Below are positions 30,715-40,189 of a DNA stretch of 64,000 nt, in pieces. Made by a program: the position numbers and the translations under genes. Position 1 is the first letter of the stretch. Each line of letters opens with the position of its first letter. The DNA is from Bacilli bacterium (GTDB taxonomy: Bacteria > Bacillota_I > Bacilli_A > RFN20 > CAG-826), in contig JAZLKX010000025.1 in the NCBI GenBank assembly GCA_045597865.1, positions 1 through 64,000 of the forward strand, read 5' to 3'. The notes under the pieces are model-generated. The model was given only the letters and a program-made list of their open reading frames with translations. It was not told the DNA's origin and did not search any database.

Positions 30715-31716
30715 ATGGAAAATTTAAAAGATAGAGTTACCATTTACGAAGTTGCTAAAGCAAGTGGTGTTTCATTAGCAACAGTTTCTCGTGTTATTAA
30801 CAATCAAGGAAACGTTACTGAAAAAACTCGTGAAAAAGTTCAGCAAACAATTAAAAACTTAGGTTATAAACCTTCGGGTTTAGCCCAAGCTCTTGCAACA
30901 AGCAAATCAACAACAATTGGTGTTGTTATTCCAAGTGCAAACTATGTTTATATTTCATGTGTTTTAAACGGAATTTCAGAAGTTTGTAAGGAAAAAGGTT
31001 ACAATTTACAATTGTTTTCAACATCTCATTCAAGAGAAGATGCTATTCGTGTTCTTGAAAAAGTTATTACATCACACGTTGATGGCGCAATTATTTTTGA
31101 TGACGAACTTGATGAAGAAGATGTTAGCCAATTAAACTCATATTACGTTCCAACTATTGTTATTAACAATAGAGTAGAAGGTGAAAGAGTTGGTTGTATT
31201 GTTTTCGGCTATGAACATAATTTACGTAAAATCGTTGCTGATAAGTTAGCAATTGATAAAGAAAAAACTCCAACATTTATTCATGTCCATAACTGTGGTC
31301 GTTTACTCGCAAGAACCGAAAAAGCTTTCATTGAAGTTTGTAAACAAGCAAATAGAGAATACGCAATTTTTAACTGTGATGATTCATCATCAAGAACTTA
31401 TGATGATTTCATGGAATATTTCAAAACCCATAAACAAGGTTACTTTGTTGCTTACCGTGACTCGATTGCTGGTGCAATTGTAAACGCAGCAACAGATTCT
31501 GGACTAAAAGTTCCAGAAGATGTTGAAGTTCTTTCGCTAATTGGTACAAAATATGCTAATATTACTCGTCCTACTTTAACAAGTATGAACATTGATATGG
31601 TTGATGTTGGACGTCGCGCTATGTACATGTTGACTGATCTTGCCAAGAACGAGCTTGAAAAGAAAACATACAGAATCGAATCTGTTTATGTCAAACGTGA
31701 TTCAACAAAGGAGTAA
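30715..31716 (+). CDS. ccpA: LacI-family regulator, probable catabolite control protein A
   Basis: VTIYEVAKASGVSLATVSRVIN HTH close to CcpA; ccpA-tyrS-rpsD neighbourhood as in Bacilli; cre-like sites in the window. Confidence 0.82.
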   Translation: MENLKDRVTIYEVAKASGVSLATVSRVINNQGNVTEKTREKVQQTIKNLGYKPSGLAQALATSKSTTIGVVIPSANYVYISCVLNGISEVCKEKGYNLQLFSTSHSREDAIRVLEKVITSHVDGAIIFDDELDEEDVSQLNSYYVPTIVINNRVEGERVGCIVFGYEHNLRKIVADKLAIDKEKTPTFIHVHNCGRLLARTEKAFIEVCKQANREYAIFNCDDSSSRTYDDFMEYFKTHKQGYFVAYRDSIAGAIVNAATDSGLKVPEDVEVLSLIGTKYANITRPTLTSMNIDMVDVGRRAMYMLTDLAKNELEKKTYRIESVYVKRDSTKE

Positions 31717-31719
31717 TCT

Positions 31720-32973
31720 ATGGTTAATGTATTAGATGAATTAAAAGCTCGTGGACTTATTAAAGACTTCTCAAACGAAGACGAAGTCCGTGAATTATTA
31801 AATACAAAACAAACAATTTATTGTGGTTTTGACCCATCTGCATCTTCGATGCACGTTGGTAACTTTGTTATGATTTCAATGCTCATGAGACTTCAAAGAG
31901 CAGGACACAAAATTATTGCAATTGTCGGTGGTGCAACCGGTATGATTGGTGACCCATCAGGCAAATCAAAAGAAAGAAATTTACAAGGTGTCGAAACCTT
32001 AAAAGCAAATACAGAATGCATTAAAAAACAACTCGAGAGATTCATTGATTTATCAGATCCAGAAAAAGGAATGATTATTAATAACTATGAATGGTTTGGT
32101 GCAATGTCAGTCCTTGATTTCTTAAGAGATTACGGCAAATTCTTCCCAGTTAACTACATGTTATCTAAAGATATTGTTGCATCAAGACTTCAATCTGGCG
32201 TTTCATTTACAGAATTTGCATATATGATTCTTCAATCAGTAGACTTCTTAAAACTTCACCAAGAACACGGAGTATCAATGCAAATTGGTGGTGGTGACCA
32301 ATGGGGTAATTTAACTTCTGGTCTTGAACTCATTCGTAAAATTGAAGGACAAGAAGCAAAAGTTGGATGTTTTACAGTTCCACTTCTTCTTGACCAAAAT
32401 GGTAAGAAATTTGGTAAGTCAGAAGGTGGTGCACTCTACTTAGATGCAAACCTTGTCTCACCATACAAAATTTATCAATACTTCATCAATGTTTCAGATG
32501 ATGATGCAGCAAGATACCTTAAGGTATTTTCCTTCAAAACTCTTGAAGAAATCGCTGCAATCACAAAAGAACACTATGATAATTTAGGAGCAAGAATTGC
32601 TCAAAAAGCATTAGCTTATGAAATCGTTGGTTTAATCCATGGCGAAGAAAAAGCTGAAGAATGCAAAAAGATGTCAGAAGTTTTATTCTCGAATGACATT
32701 AAGTCACTTTCAAAGGAAAATATTGTTGAATTATTTGGCGATTTAGAAGTTGCTCAACCAAAAGGTCTTTTATTAGAAGATATGTTAATTGCAATTCATG
32801 CAGCTTCATCCAAACGTGAAGCACGTGAATTCATTAATGGAAATTCAGTTGCAATTAATGGTGAAAAAGTAACTGATCTTGCCCATGTTGTTGATGATAA
32901 AGACGCTCTTTTTGGAGAATACGTTGTTATTAAACGCGGAAAGAAAAATTACTACTTAGTAAAATTTAACTAA
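31720..32973 (+). CDS. tyrS: Tyrosine--tRNA ligase
   Basis: [29 protein letters not shown]-terminal S4-like domain. Confidence 0.97.
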   Translation: MVNVLDELKARGLIKDFSNEDEVRELLNTKQTIYCGFDPSASSMHVGNFVMISMLMRLQRAGHKIIAIVGGATGMIGDPSGKSKERNLQGVETLKANTECIKKQLERFIDLSDPEKGMIINNYEWFGAMSVLDFLRDYGKFFPVNYMLSKDIVASRLQSGVSFTEFAYMILQSVDFLKLHQEHGVSMQIGGGDQWGNLTSGLELIRKIEGQEAKVGCFTVPLLLDQNGKKFGKSEGGALYLDANLVSPYKIYQYFINVSDDDAARYLKVFSFKTLEEIAAITKEHYDNLGARIAQKALAYEIVGLIHGEEKAEECKKMSEVLFSNDIKSLSKENIVELFGDLEVAQPKGLLLEDMLIAIHAASSKREAREFINGNSVAINGEKVTDLAHVVDDKDALFGEYVVIKRGKKNYYLVKFN

Positions 32974-32974
32974 T

Positions 32975-33670
32975 ATGAAAAAATATTTTTTACCATTATT
33001 ACTTTTATCTGCAGCACTTTGTGCTGGATGTGGTGAACAAGGCCCAAAAGGCGATAAGGGTGATAAAGGGGACAAAGGCGATATTGGGGAAACTGGCGCT
33101 CAAGGTGAACAGGGCATCCAAGGTCCAACAGGTCCTCAAGGTCCAGCTGGACCACAAGGTGAAAATGGCGATGACGGCAAAGATGCTGGATTTGTTGATT
33201 TTACAAAAATTGTGAACAAAGTTTATTATCAATATGATTTAAGCGATGATGAATTAACGAAAAAAGTTATTCGCACAGGCTTTGAAGATATTGAAACTAG
33301 TGATTACGCAATTCCAGATTTAGAAACATTTAATTACATTCACGAATTTGAATGGTTTGTTCCTAATTTATCATTTGAAACTGAAATATTTCACTGGGCT
33401 TGGGATAGCGGTTTTATATCAATAATTGATCCTGTTGATCCATTTACTGCAACATTTGAATATGGTGTTGAAGTGTATGATTACGATTACGTAATTATTG
33501 GAGGTAGATATTTCGATGAGGATTTCAACGAAATAATTTTCAGTGAAAATATCATCCTATATAAGGATATGGAATTTGGAAATAAAGTTTATTATTCAGA
33601 AGATTATCTAAAAAACCAAGGTATTGAATTCTTTGATGCCGAAGATGTACTAGGAGGAATTTTTGAATGA
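32975..33670 (+). CDS. Collagen-like lipoprotein
   Basis: Lipobox LCAG-C; 17 consecutive Gly-X-Y triplets; acidic/aromatic C-terminal domain. Confidence 0.85.
   Translation: MKKYFLPLLLLSAALCAGCGEQGPKGDKGDKGDKGDIGETGAQGEQGIQGPTGPQGPAGPQGENGDDGKDAGFVDFTKIVNKVYYQYDLSDDELTKKVIRTGFEDIETSDYAIPDLETFNYIHEFEWFVPNLSFETEIFHWAWDSGFISIIDPVDPFTATFEYGVEVYDYDYVIIGGRYFDEDFNEIIFSENIILYKDMEFGNKVYYSEDYLKNQGIEFFDAEDVLGGIFE
33032..33184 (+). repeat. Gly-X-Y collagen repeat (17 triplets)
   Basis: [51 protein letters not shown]. Confidence 0.9.
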
Positions 33671-33867
33671 GACAATACATTTGTGATAGATACGGAATGT
33701 GTTTAGGGGAAATTTCAATTGATGGTTTTGGAAACAAGACAGTCTATAGCATGTCGGGCCAAAAGCTTGGTTATTATGATGCATCCACAGAATCAACATA
33801 TGATCCAACTGGAAGAAAATTATTCCAAGGCGACATGTCTGGCGCATTACTAATCATTTATAAATAA
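33667..33867 (+). CDS. Small hypothetical protein with three beta-hairpin-like repeats
   Basis: AGGAGG SD and ATGA overlap with the upstream stop; repeats [10 protein letters not shown] / [10 protein letters not shown] / [10 protein letters not shown]; terminator follows. Confidence 0.75.
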   Translation: MRQYICDRYGMCLGEISIDGFGNKTVYSMSGQKLGYYDASTESTYDPTGRKLFQGDMSGALLIIYK

Positions 33868-33874
33868 GCACAAG

Positions 33875-33900
33875 AAAAGGGAACCAAAAGGTTCCCTTTA
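33875..33900. terminator. Bidirectional terminator between the tyrS operon and rpsD
   Basis: AAAGGGAACC-AAAA-GGTTCCCTTT. Confidence 0.85.
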
Positions 33901-33920
33901 ATTTGCTCATATTCAGTGAA

Positions 33921-34523
33921 TTATAACATTCTGTTATAGTATTCAATGACTTGTGCTTCGTTGATGTCTTGTGGAAGTTCTTTTCTTTCTGGCATTCTTA
34001 CGAATTCGCCTTCAAGTTTAGCTGCATCTACTTTGACAAATCCAACTGAAGCTGGTTTGCTTTCAAGTGAAGCTTTGACGATTGCGAGATCGTGTCCTTC
34101 TTTGAGAGCAATTTTGTCGCCGACCTTACAAAGGTATGATGGAATATCAACCTTTGAACCGTTTACAACAATGTGTCCGTGGTTAACAAGTTGTCTTGCT
34201 GCTCTACGAGTTCTTGCAAAGCCCATTCTGTAGACTAAGTTGTCTAAACGGGATTCGAGAATTCTGAAGAAAGCAATACCTGTAACTTCGTCTGATTTTA
34301 AAGCAAGATTGAATAAACGACGGAATTGTCTTTCGTTAACACCATACATTTGTTCGAGTTTTTGCTTTTCGATCAATTGTTTGCCGTATTCGGATGGTTT
34401 TTTCTTACGTCCATTACCGTGTTGGCCTGGACCATAAGGTCTCTTTTCTAATTCTTTATTTGTTTCGAGAACAGAAAAACCGAGACGACGTGATCTTTTG
34501 TAGTCTGAACCAGTATATCTCAT
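33921..34523 (-). CDS. rpsD: 30S ribosomal protein S4
   Basis: RPYGPGQHG, SEYGKQL.EKQK, LESRLDNLVYR, ARQLVNHGH. Confidence 0.98.
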   Translation of the reverse strand: MRYTGSDYKRSRRLGFSVLETNKELEKRPYGPGQHGNGRKKKPSEYGKQLIEKQKLEQMYGVNERQFRRLFNLALKSDEVTGIAFFRILESRLDNLVYRMGFARTRRAARQLVNHGHIVVNGSKVDIPSYLCKVGDKIALKEGHDLAIVKASLESKPASVGFVKVDAAKLEGEFVRMPERKELPQDINEAQVIEYYNRML

Positions 34524-34680
34524 GATTTATGGCTCCTTTCACTAAATGCATTATTTAGCAAGAGGTGTAAATTCCTGACTCCGGATGTACTCTAAATTGG
34601 CTTTCACTTATGAGCATTAGCTACTTACCCACGATAGTTGAGACATCAGTCGAGCTGTATTTACATGCTGCAACAATGCG
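34524..34680 (-). ncRNA. rpsD 5' leader (putative S4 autoregulatory RNA)
   Basis: About 155-nt leader behind TTGACA-17-GATAAT (34687-34715); GC-richer than flanks; complementary TGTAAAT...ATTTACA segments as in the Bacilli S4 leader. Confidence 0.65.
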
Positions 34681-34842
34681 AGTAGTATTATCAAATATTT
34701 AAATATTTTTGTCAACAAAAAATGTAAATTAATATTTATATTAAGGGTAAAAATGCGATGAAATCTCAAATATATTTCTTATTATTTTGGTGTTTTTTAT
34801 TTAAAAACAGAATATAAATATGATAATATATTACTCGAAATT

Positions 34843-36552
34843 ATGACACCAGGTGCAATTGTAGGATTAGTATTAGGAATCGTTGCTGGCTTAGTCGGCA
34901 TCGGTTTTATTTTATATTTCTTTGTTTTTAGAGAAAAAGTTTTCAAAAAACAATTAAGAGAAATTGATCGTAAATTCCAATATTTACACGCTTTACTTAT
35001 TGGACAAGATGCTCAATATGTTAAGAGACTTGAAATTATTTCAAGAACCAATCTTCTCTATGTCGAAATTCACACAAAATATTTAAAGAAATTTAAAGAA
35101 ATTCGTGATAAGCATGATGCAAATGCACAAAGTGCATTAAATAACTTAAGAGACTTACTTGATGTTAAAAACTTCAAAGCTTTTAAAGAAACAATGATTC
35201 GTGTTAATGAAATTGTTGAAGGCTATGATAAAGAAGTACAAGCATTAAATGTTGAACTTTTAAGAGTTGTTAAACCAGAAGAAGATTGTAGACAATCATC
35301 TTTAACTTATAAGGAATCATTAAGAAGAATCAAACAAGATTACTATTCTAAAGAAAGTGAACTTGTTATGATGGCAAACTCATTTGAAGAAGTTTTTAAA
35401 TACATTGATCAATTATTTGAAGACTTTGAAGGTTTAGTTGAATCTGCTCAATATGATGAAGCAAATCAAATCCTTCCAAAAATTGATGAAATTCTTCATG
35501 AATTAACCAAAAATATGCAAGACTTACCATCTCTTTGCACAATGGTTTCAATTGTTATTCCAGAAAAAATTATTTCAGTTGAAAATGCATATAAAGATTT
35601 GGTTAATGAAAAGTATCCACTTTATCATTTGTGTGTTGTTCAAACTCTTACAGAAATGAAAGAGCAAATCGAAAATTTCACGCATAGAATCCGCTTATTT
35701 GAAATTAATGGTATTGGCGAAAAACTTGAAAGCATGAGTGAAAAACTTGATAAATTCTTTGATTTGTTTGAAGAAGAAAAAGTTGCTAGAGAATCATTCG
35801 AAGCTAACAATGAAAACGTTTATAGCACAGTTAATTTAATTGAAAGAAAGTTTATTAAACTTCGTAATACAATTCCTGAAGTTTCTAAAGTATTCGTTAT
35901 TAACGAAGCTCACCAAAATAAGATTAATGATATTCAAAATGATATTAATAAAGTTGGAGCTCTTAAACGTAGTTTAGATACATTTATTCATAGTGCTACA
36001 AAACAACCATATTCACTTTTAGTGAATAAGATGAATGAATTATCAACTGCATCTAACTCAATTATTTCTGATATTGATGAATACAACAACTACATTGCTT
36101 CTTTGAAGAGTGATGCAGAATCTGCTTACAATGTCGTTTATGCATTCTATGACAAAGTCAAGAAAGCTGAACAACAAGTTAGAGAAATTAATGTTGCTAA
36201 GTGCAGCGAAAAATATGCACCTAAGTTTGAAAAACTTTATGAACTTTTAAATTCTATTAATAGCTTATTAACTCATAGTCCAATTGATGTTGATCAAGTA
36301 AATAAATTACAAAGAGATTTATTTGAGATTTCTAATGATTTATTAGACGATGGTGAAGTTGCTCAAGATTATTCAATGATGATTCTTGCAGAGAATGCTA
36401 TTCTATATGCAAACAGACATAGACACCATTTATCTGACATTGATCAATTAATCAATCTTGCCGAAACTGATTTTACAAATGGTGATTTTGAACACGCTTC
36501 AATTAACACCAACAATGCATTAAAGAAAATTAAACAAGAAAATGGTAAATAA
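34843..36552 (+). CDS. ezrA: Septation ring formation regulator EzrA
   Basis: N-terminal TM, long helical coiled coil, C-terminal ILYANRHR (QNR-patch-like); rpsD-ezrA-iscS-thiI synteny. Confidence 0.88.
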   Translation: MTPGAIVGLVLGIVAGLVGIGFILYFFVFREKVFKKQLREIDRKFQYLHALLIGQDAQYVKRLEIISRTNLLYVEIHTKYLKKFKEIRDKHDANAQSALNNLRDLLDVKNFKAFKETMIRVNEIVEGYDKEVQALNVELLRVVKPEEDCRQSSLTYKESLRRIKQDYYSKESELVMMANSFEEVFKYIDQLFEDFEGLVESAQYDEANQILPKIDEILHELTKNMQDLPSLCTMVSIVIPEKIISVENAYKDLVNEKYPLYHLCVVQTLTEMKEQIENFTHRIRLFEINGIGEKLESMSEKLDKFFDLFEEEKVARESFEANNENVYSTVNLIERKFIKLRNTIPEVSKVFVINEAHQNKINDIQNDINKVGALKRSLDTFIHSATKQPYSLLVNKMNELSTASNSIISDIDEYNNYIASLKSDAESAYNVVYAFYDKVKKAEQQVREINVAKCSEKYAPKFEKLYELLNSINSLLTHSPIDVDQVNKLQRDLFEISNDLLDDGEVAQDYSMMILAENAILYANRHRHHLSDIDQLINLAETDFTNGDFEHASINTNNALKKIKQENGK

Positions 36553-37660
36553 TTTTATTTATTTAGATAATGCTGCGACGACAAAACCTAACAAGGATGT
36601 CGTCGCTTTATATAATGACATTGAATTAAATCACTTTGGAAATAGTGGTTCTATTCATGGATTAGGCGTTGATTCTTTAAAATATTTAAATGCAGCAAGA
36701 GAATTGATTCTAAACTCTTTAAGAGTTAAGAATTATAAAGTTTATTTTACTGGTTCATCTACGGAGGCAAACAATTTAGCAATCAAAGGTTATTGCTATA
36801 AGCATGCAAATCGTGGAAAACATTTAATCACAACTAATATCGAACATCCATCTGTTTTAGAGTGTTTCAAAGCTCTTGAAAACGATGGTTTTAAAGTTAC
36901 TTACTTAAAAGTAAATGCTGATGGAATTGTAACAGCAGAGGATGTTAAAAATGCTATGACTAATGAAACTATATTAGTTTCTATTATGGCTGTTAATAAT
37001 GAGATTGGATCAATTAATCCTATTAAGGAAATTAAGGAAGTTGTGTCCAAATTCCCAAAGGCAGTTTTACATGTTGATACAACTCAAGCAATTGGAAAAC
37101 TTAATTTTGATTACAACAACTGTGATATGTTTGTTGTTTCTTCACATAAGATTCATGGCTTGAAAGGTAGCGGTGCATTGATTGCAAAATCTAGTATTGT
37201 TTTTGATCCAGTAATTAATGGTGGCGGACAAGAAGAAGGAATGAGAAGCGGAACAGTTTCAGTTGCTCATTCGTGTGCCCTTGCAAAAGCAGTAAAAAAT
37301 CTATTCCCACTCAAAAATATTGAAGATTTGCAGGCATTTTTGCTCATAAACCTCAATATTTTAGATGGAATTGAAATGAATTCAAACAACAATTGTTCAC
37401 CTTATATTGTTAATTTTTCACTAACAAAAAAGAAAGCTTCTGTTGTTGTTGAAGCATTATCAAATAAAGGTATTTATGTTAGCTCAGTAAGTGCTTGCAA
37501 TTCTAAAGGAGAATCCGGTTCTTATGTTGTAAGAGCTCTTGGCAAATCTGATGAGCTTGCTCATAACACAATTAGGGTTTCTTTAGACAGCGAAACAACT
37601 ATTGAAGAATTAGAAACTTTCATTTCAGCACTTAAAGAAATTTTGGAGACTATAAAATGA
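36542..37660 (+). CDS. iscS: Cysteine desulfurase (NifZ/IscS-like, ThiI-associated)
   Basis: YLDNAATT, EHPSV, SSHKIHG (PLP Lys), SVSACNS. Confidence 0.93.
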   Translation: MVNNFIYLDNAATTKPNKDVVALYNDIELNHFGNSGSIHGLGVDSLKYLNAARELILNSLRVKNYKVYFTGSSTEANNLAIKGYCYKHANRGKHLITTNIEHPSVLECFKALENDGFKVTYLKVNADGIVTAEDVKNAMTNETILVSIMAVNNEIGSINPIKEIKEVVSKFPKAVLHVDTTQAIGKLNFDYNNCDMFVVSSHKIHGLKGSGALIAKSSIVFDPVINGGGQEEGMRSGTVSVAHSCALAKAVKNLFPLKNIEDLQAFLLINLNILDGIEMNSNNNCSPYIVNFSLTKKKASVVVEALSNKGIYVSSVSACNSKGESGSYVVRALGKSDELAHNTIRVSLDSETTIEELETFISALKEILETIK

Positions 37661-38832
37661 TTTACGATCACATTATGGTTCGCTTTGGTGAATTATCTAC
37701 CAAAGGTAAGAACAAAACAGACTTTATTAGAACTTTGGCAAAGAACATTAAAAATGCTTTGTCAGATTATAATGAAGTTCAAGTTATCACTCAATACGAT
37801 CACATTTATGTAAAACTCAATGGTTTAGATCCACAAAACATTATTGAGATTCTTCAAGATGTTTCAGGAATTCATTCGTTGTCTCTTGTTTTAAAAACTG
37901 ATCCAGATATTGAGAATTTAAAAAACATTTCTTTAGAAATGGTTAAAGCTGAAGAAGGCAAAACATTTAAGGTTCATGCAAAAAGAGCAAATAAAAAGTA
38001 TCCAATAATTTCTGATCAAATTAATCGTGAAATTGCAGGACACATTTTAAGAAATACTAAATTAAAAGTTGACGTTCACAATCCAGACATTTTAGTTTCA
38101 GTAGAAATTAGAGAAGAAGGAGCTTATGTGTTCGCACATACTTATCCAGCTGCTGGTGGTTATCCATTAGGAGTTGGTGGCAAAACAATGCTTATGTTAA
38201 GTGGTGGAATTGACTCTCCAGTTGCAGCTTATCTTCTTATGAAAAGAGGAATCAGAATCGAGTGTGTTCACTTTGCTTCTCCTCCATACACAAATGCTGG
38301 AGTTATTGAAAAACTCAAGGATTTACTAGGCAAATTAAATAAATATCAGCCAGAAATCCGTTTGAATATTATTCCGTTCACAAAGATTCAAGAAGATATT
38401 TATAAGTATTGCGATGAATCTTATGCAATTACAATCATGAGAAGAATGATGTTTAGAATTGCAGAAAGAATGGCACGTAGAAGAAGATGTTTAGCAATCT
38501 CAACAGGTGAGTCTGTTGGCCAAGTAGCATCTCAAACACTTGATTCAATGCAAGTAATTAACGAAGTAACAAGAATGCCTGTTATTCGTCCAGTTGTCTG
38601 TTATGACAAAGAAGATATTATTAAACTCGCACGAAAGATTGATACATTTGAAATTTCAATTAGACCATTTGAAGACTGTTGCACAATCTTCGCTCCAAAG
38701 AATCCTAAAACAAAACCAGATTATAAAAAATGTTTAGAGTTTGAAGAGAAGTGGGATTGGGAATCTGAAATTAATGAAGCTGTTAAGAATGCTGAAGTAA
38801 TTTATATAAATAAAAATTCTTCATTATTCTAA
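37657..38832 (+). CDS. thiI: tRNA 4-thiouridine(8) synthase
   Basis: RFGEL..KGKN, THUMP domain, LSGGIDSPV, GQVASQT, EDCC. Confidence 0.97.
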   Translation: MIYDHIMVRFGELSTKGKNKTDFIRTLAKNIKNALSDYNEVQVITQYDHIYVKLNGLDPQNIIEILQDVSGIHSLSLVLKTDPDIENLKNISLEMVKAEEGKTFKVHAKRANKKYPIISDQINREIAGHILRNTKLKVDVHNPDILVSVEIREEGAYVFAHTYPAAGGYPLGVGGKTMLMLSGGIDSPVAAYLLMKRGIRIECVHFASPPYTNAGVIEKLKDLLGKLNKYQPEIRLNIIPFTKIQEDIYKYCDESYAITIMRRMMFRIAERMARRRRCLAISTGESVGQVASQTLDSMQVINEVTRMPVIRPVVCYDKEDIIKLARKIDTFEISIRPFEDCCTIFAPKNPKTKPDYKKCLEFEEKWDWESEINEAVKNAEVIYINKNSSLF

Positions 38833-38842
38833 AATAGCTATG

Positions 38843-38873
38843 AAAAAAGGAACCCTAAGGTTCCTTTTATTTT
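38843..38873. terminator. Bidirectional terminator between thiI and rplT
   Basis: AAAAGGAACC-CTAA-GGTTCCTTTT. Confidence 0.85.
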
Positions 38874-38884
38874 AGCTAATTTAA

Positions 38885-39238
38885 TTATTTAGCTTTCTTT
38901 GCAATAGCAACTAAATCAGCAAATGCTTTTGGATCGTTGATTGCAAGTTCTGCTAACATCTTACGATTAACTTTGATGTTTGATTTGTTAAGACCATTGA
39001 TGAATCTGGAATATGAGATGTCATTTAATCTGCAAGCAGCATTGATTCTCTTGATCCAGAGTTTTCTCATATCGCTCTTTAAGTTCTTACGATCGATGTA
39101 AGAATAACGGAGTGATCTTAAGACTTGTTCTTTTGCGGTCTTGAAGAGGAGGTGTTTACTTCCGAAGTAACCACTAGCTCTTTTTAAAATTTTGTGACGA
39201 CGTGCGTGTGTAACGACACTGTTTTTTACTCTAGCCAT
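38885..39238 (-). CDS. rplT: 50S ribosomal protein L20
   Basis: [34 protein letters not shown]. Confidence 0.98.
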   Translation of the reverse strand: MARVKNSVVTHARRHKILKRASGYFGSKHLLFKTAKEQVLRSLRYSYIDRKNLKSDMRKLWIKRINAACRLNDISYSRFINGLNKSNIKVNRKMLAELAINDPKAFADLVAIAKKAK

Positions 39239-39252
39239 TGTTACTTACCTCC

Positions 39253-39444
39253 TTATTGAATTAAGGTCTTTACTCTCTTGTAATCTGAATGATCAACGAG
39301 TGAAGCCTTTCTTAAATGTCTTTTTTGTTTTGTTGTCTTGCGTGGTGCAAGGTGTGATGTGTAAGCACTGTGTCTTTTTAATTGACCGGAGCCTGTAACT
39401 TTGACTCTTTTAGCAAGTGCTCTTTTTGTTTTCATTTTTGGCAT
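39253..39444 (-). CDS. rpmI: 50S ribosomal protein L35
   Basis: [20 protein letters not shown]. Confidence 0.98.
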   Translation of the reverse strand: MPKMKTKRALAKRVKVTGSGQLKRHSAYTSHLAPRKTTKQKRHLRKASLVDHSDYKRVKTLIQ

Positions 39445-39456
39445 GCTATTTTCCTC

Positions 39457-40011
39457 CTACTTTTTACATTTTGATGCTAAAATTGCATTTAACCATTTGC
39501 CTTCCATAAACGGTGCTTTTTCAACTGATGAGACATCAGATAGCATGGCAATGAAGTTATTCATAACTTCTTCTCCAATCTCAGCGTGACTCATTTGACG
39601 ACCACGGTATCTAACACGAACGCTAACTTTGTTACCATCTTCAAGGAAGCGTCTTGCTGCCTTTGCTTTGGTATCAACATCGTGTTGTCCGATTTGTGGA
39701 GTTAATTGAATTTCTTTGATTTCAACAATGTGTTGATTCTTTTTGCTTTCTTTAGCTTTCTTTTGTTGTTCGTAACGATATTTACCATAGTTAAGTAATT
39801 TACATACTGGTGGTTGTGCGTTAGGTGCAACACAAACTAAATCTAAATCTGCTTCAACTGCTTTTTGATAGGCTTCTCTAGATGACATTCTACCTAATTG
39901 TTCGCCATTGGAACCAATAAGCAAAACTTCTGGGAAGCGGACTCGCTCATTAATGAGGTCACTGTTGTTCTTTTGTGGACGTTGTTGTCCTTGATTTGGA
40001 TAGTTATTTAT
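39457..40011 (-). CDS. infC: Translation initiation factor IF-3 (non-canonical ATA start)
   Basis: Frame stays open upstream of TTG 39924 through LINERVRFPEV to ATA at 40011, 8 nt after GGAGG; LDLVCVAP..PPVCK, YRGRQ motifs. Confidence 0.93.
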   Translation of the reverse strand: MNNYPNQGQQRPQKNNSDLINERVRFPEVLLIGSNGEQLGRMSSREAYQKAVEADLDLVCVAPNAQPPVCKLLNYGKYRYEQQKKAKESKKNQHIVEIKEIQLTPQIGQHDVDTKAKAARRFLEDGNKVSVRVRYRGRQMSHAEIGEEVMNNFIAMLSDVSSVEKAPFMEGKWLNAILASKCKK

Positions 40012-40029
40012 AACTTCATCCTCCTTGTT

Positions 40030-40153
40030 AAGAAAAAACGGGCACGAAGTGCGCCCGTTTTCAATAAAATAACTTGATAGTTATCGTAGCATGTACCAAT
40101 CGATTAATCGATCTGGTGAGAAGCAAGGGCGCTCTTCTTTCTACGTTATTTGC
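40030..40153 (-). ncRNA. L20 leader (infC-rpmI-rplT attenuator)
   Basis: AGAAG...GCTTCTCACC core then terminator AAAACGGGCGCAC-TTC-GTGCCCGTTTTTT ahead of the infC SD; promoter TTGACA-17-TTTAAT at 40161-40189. Confidence 0.82.
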
Positions 40154-40189
40154 GAGTAATATTAAACTACACATTAAATGTGTTGTCAA

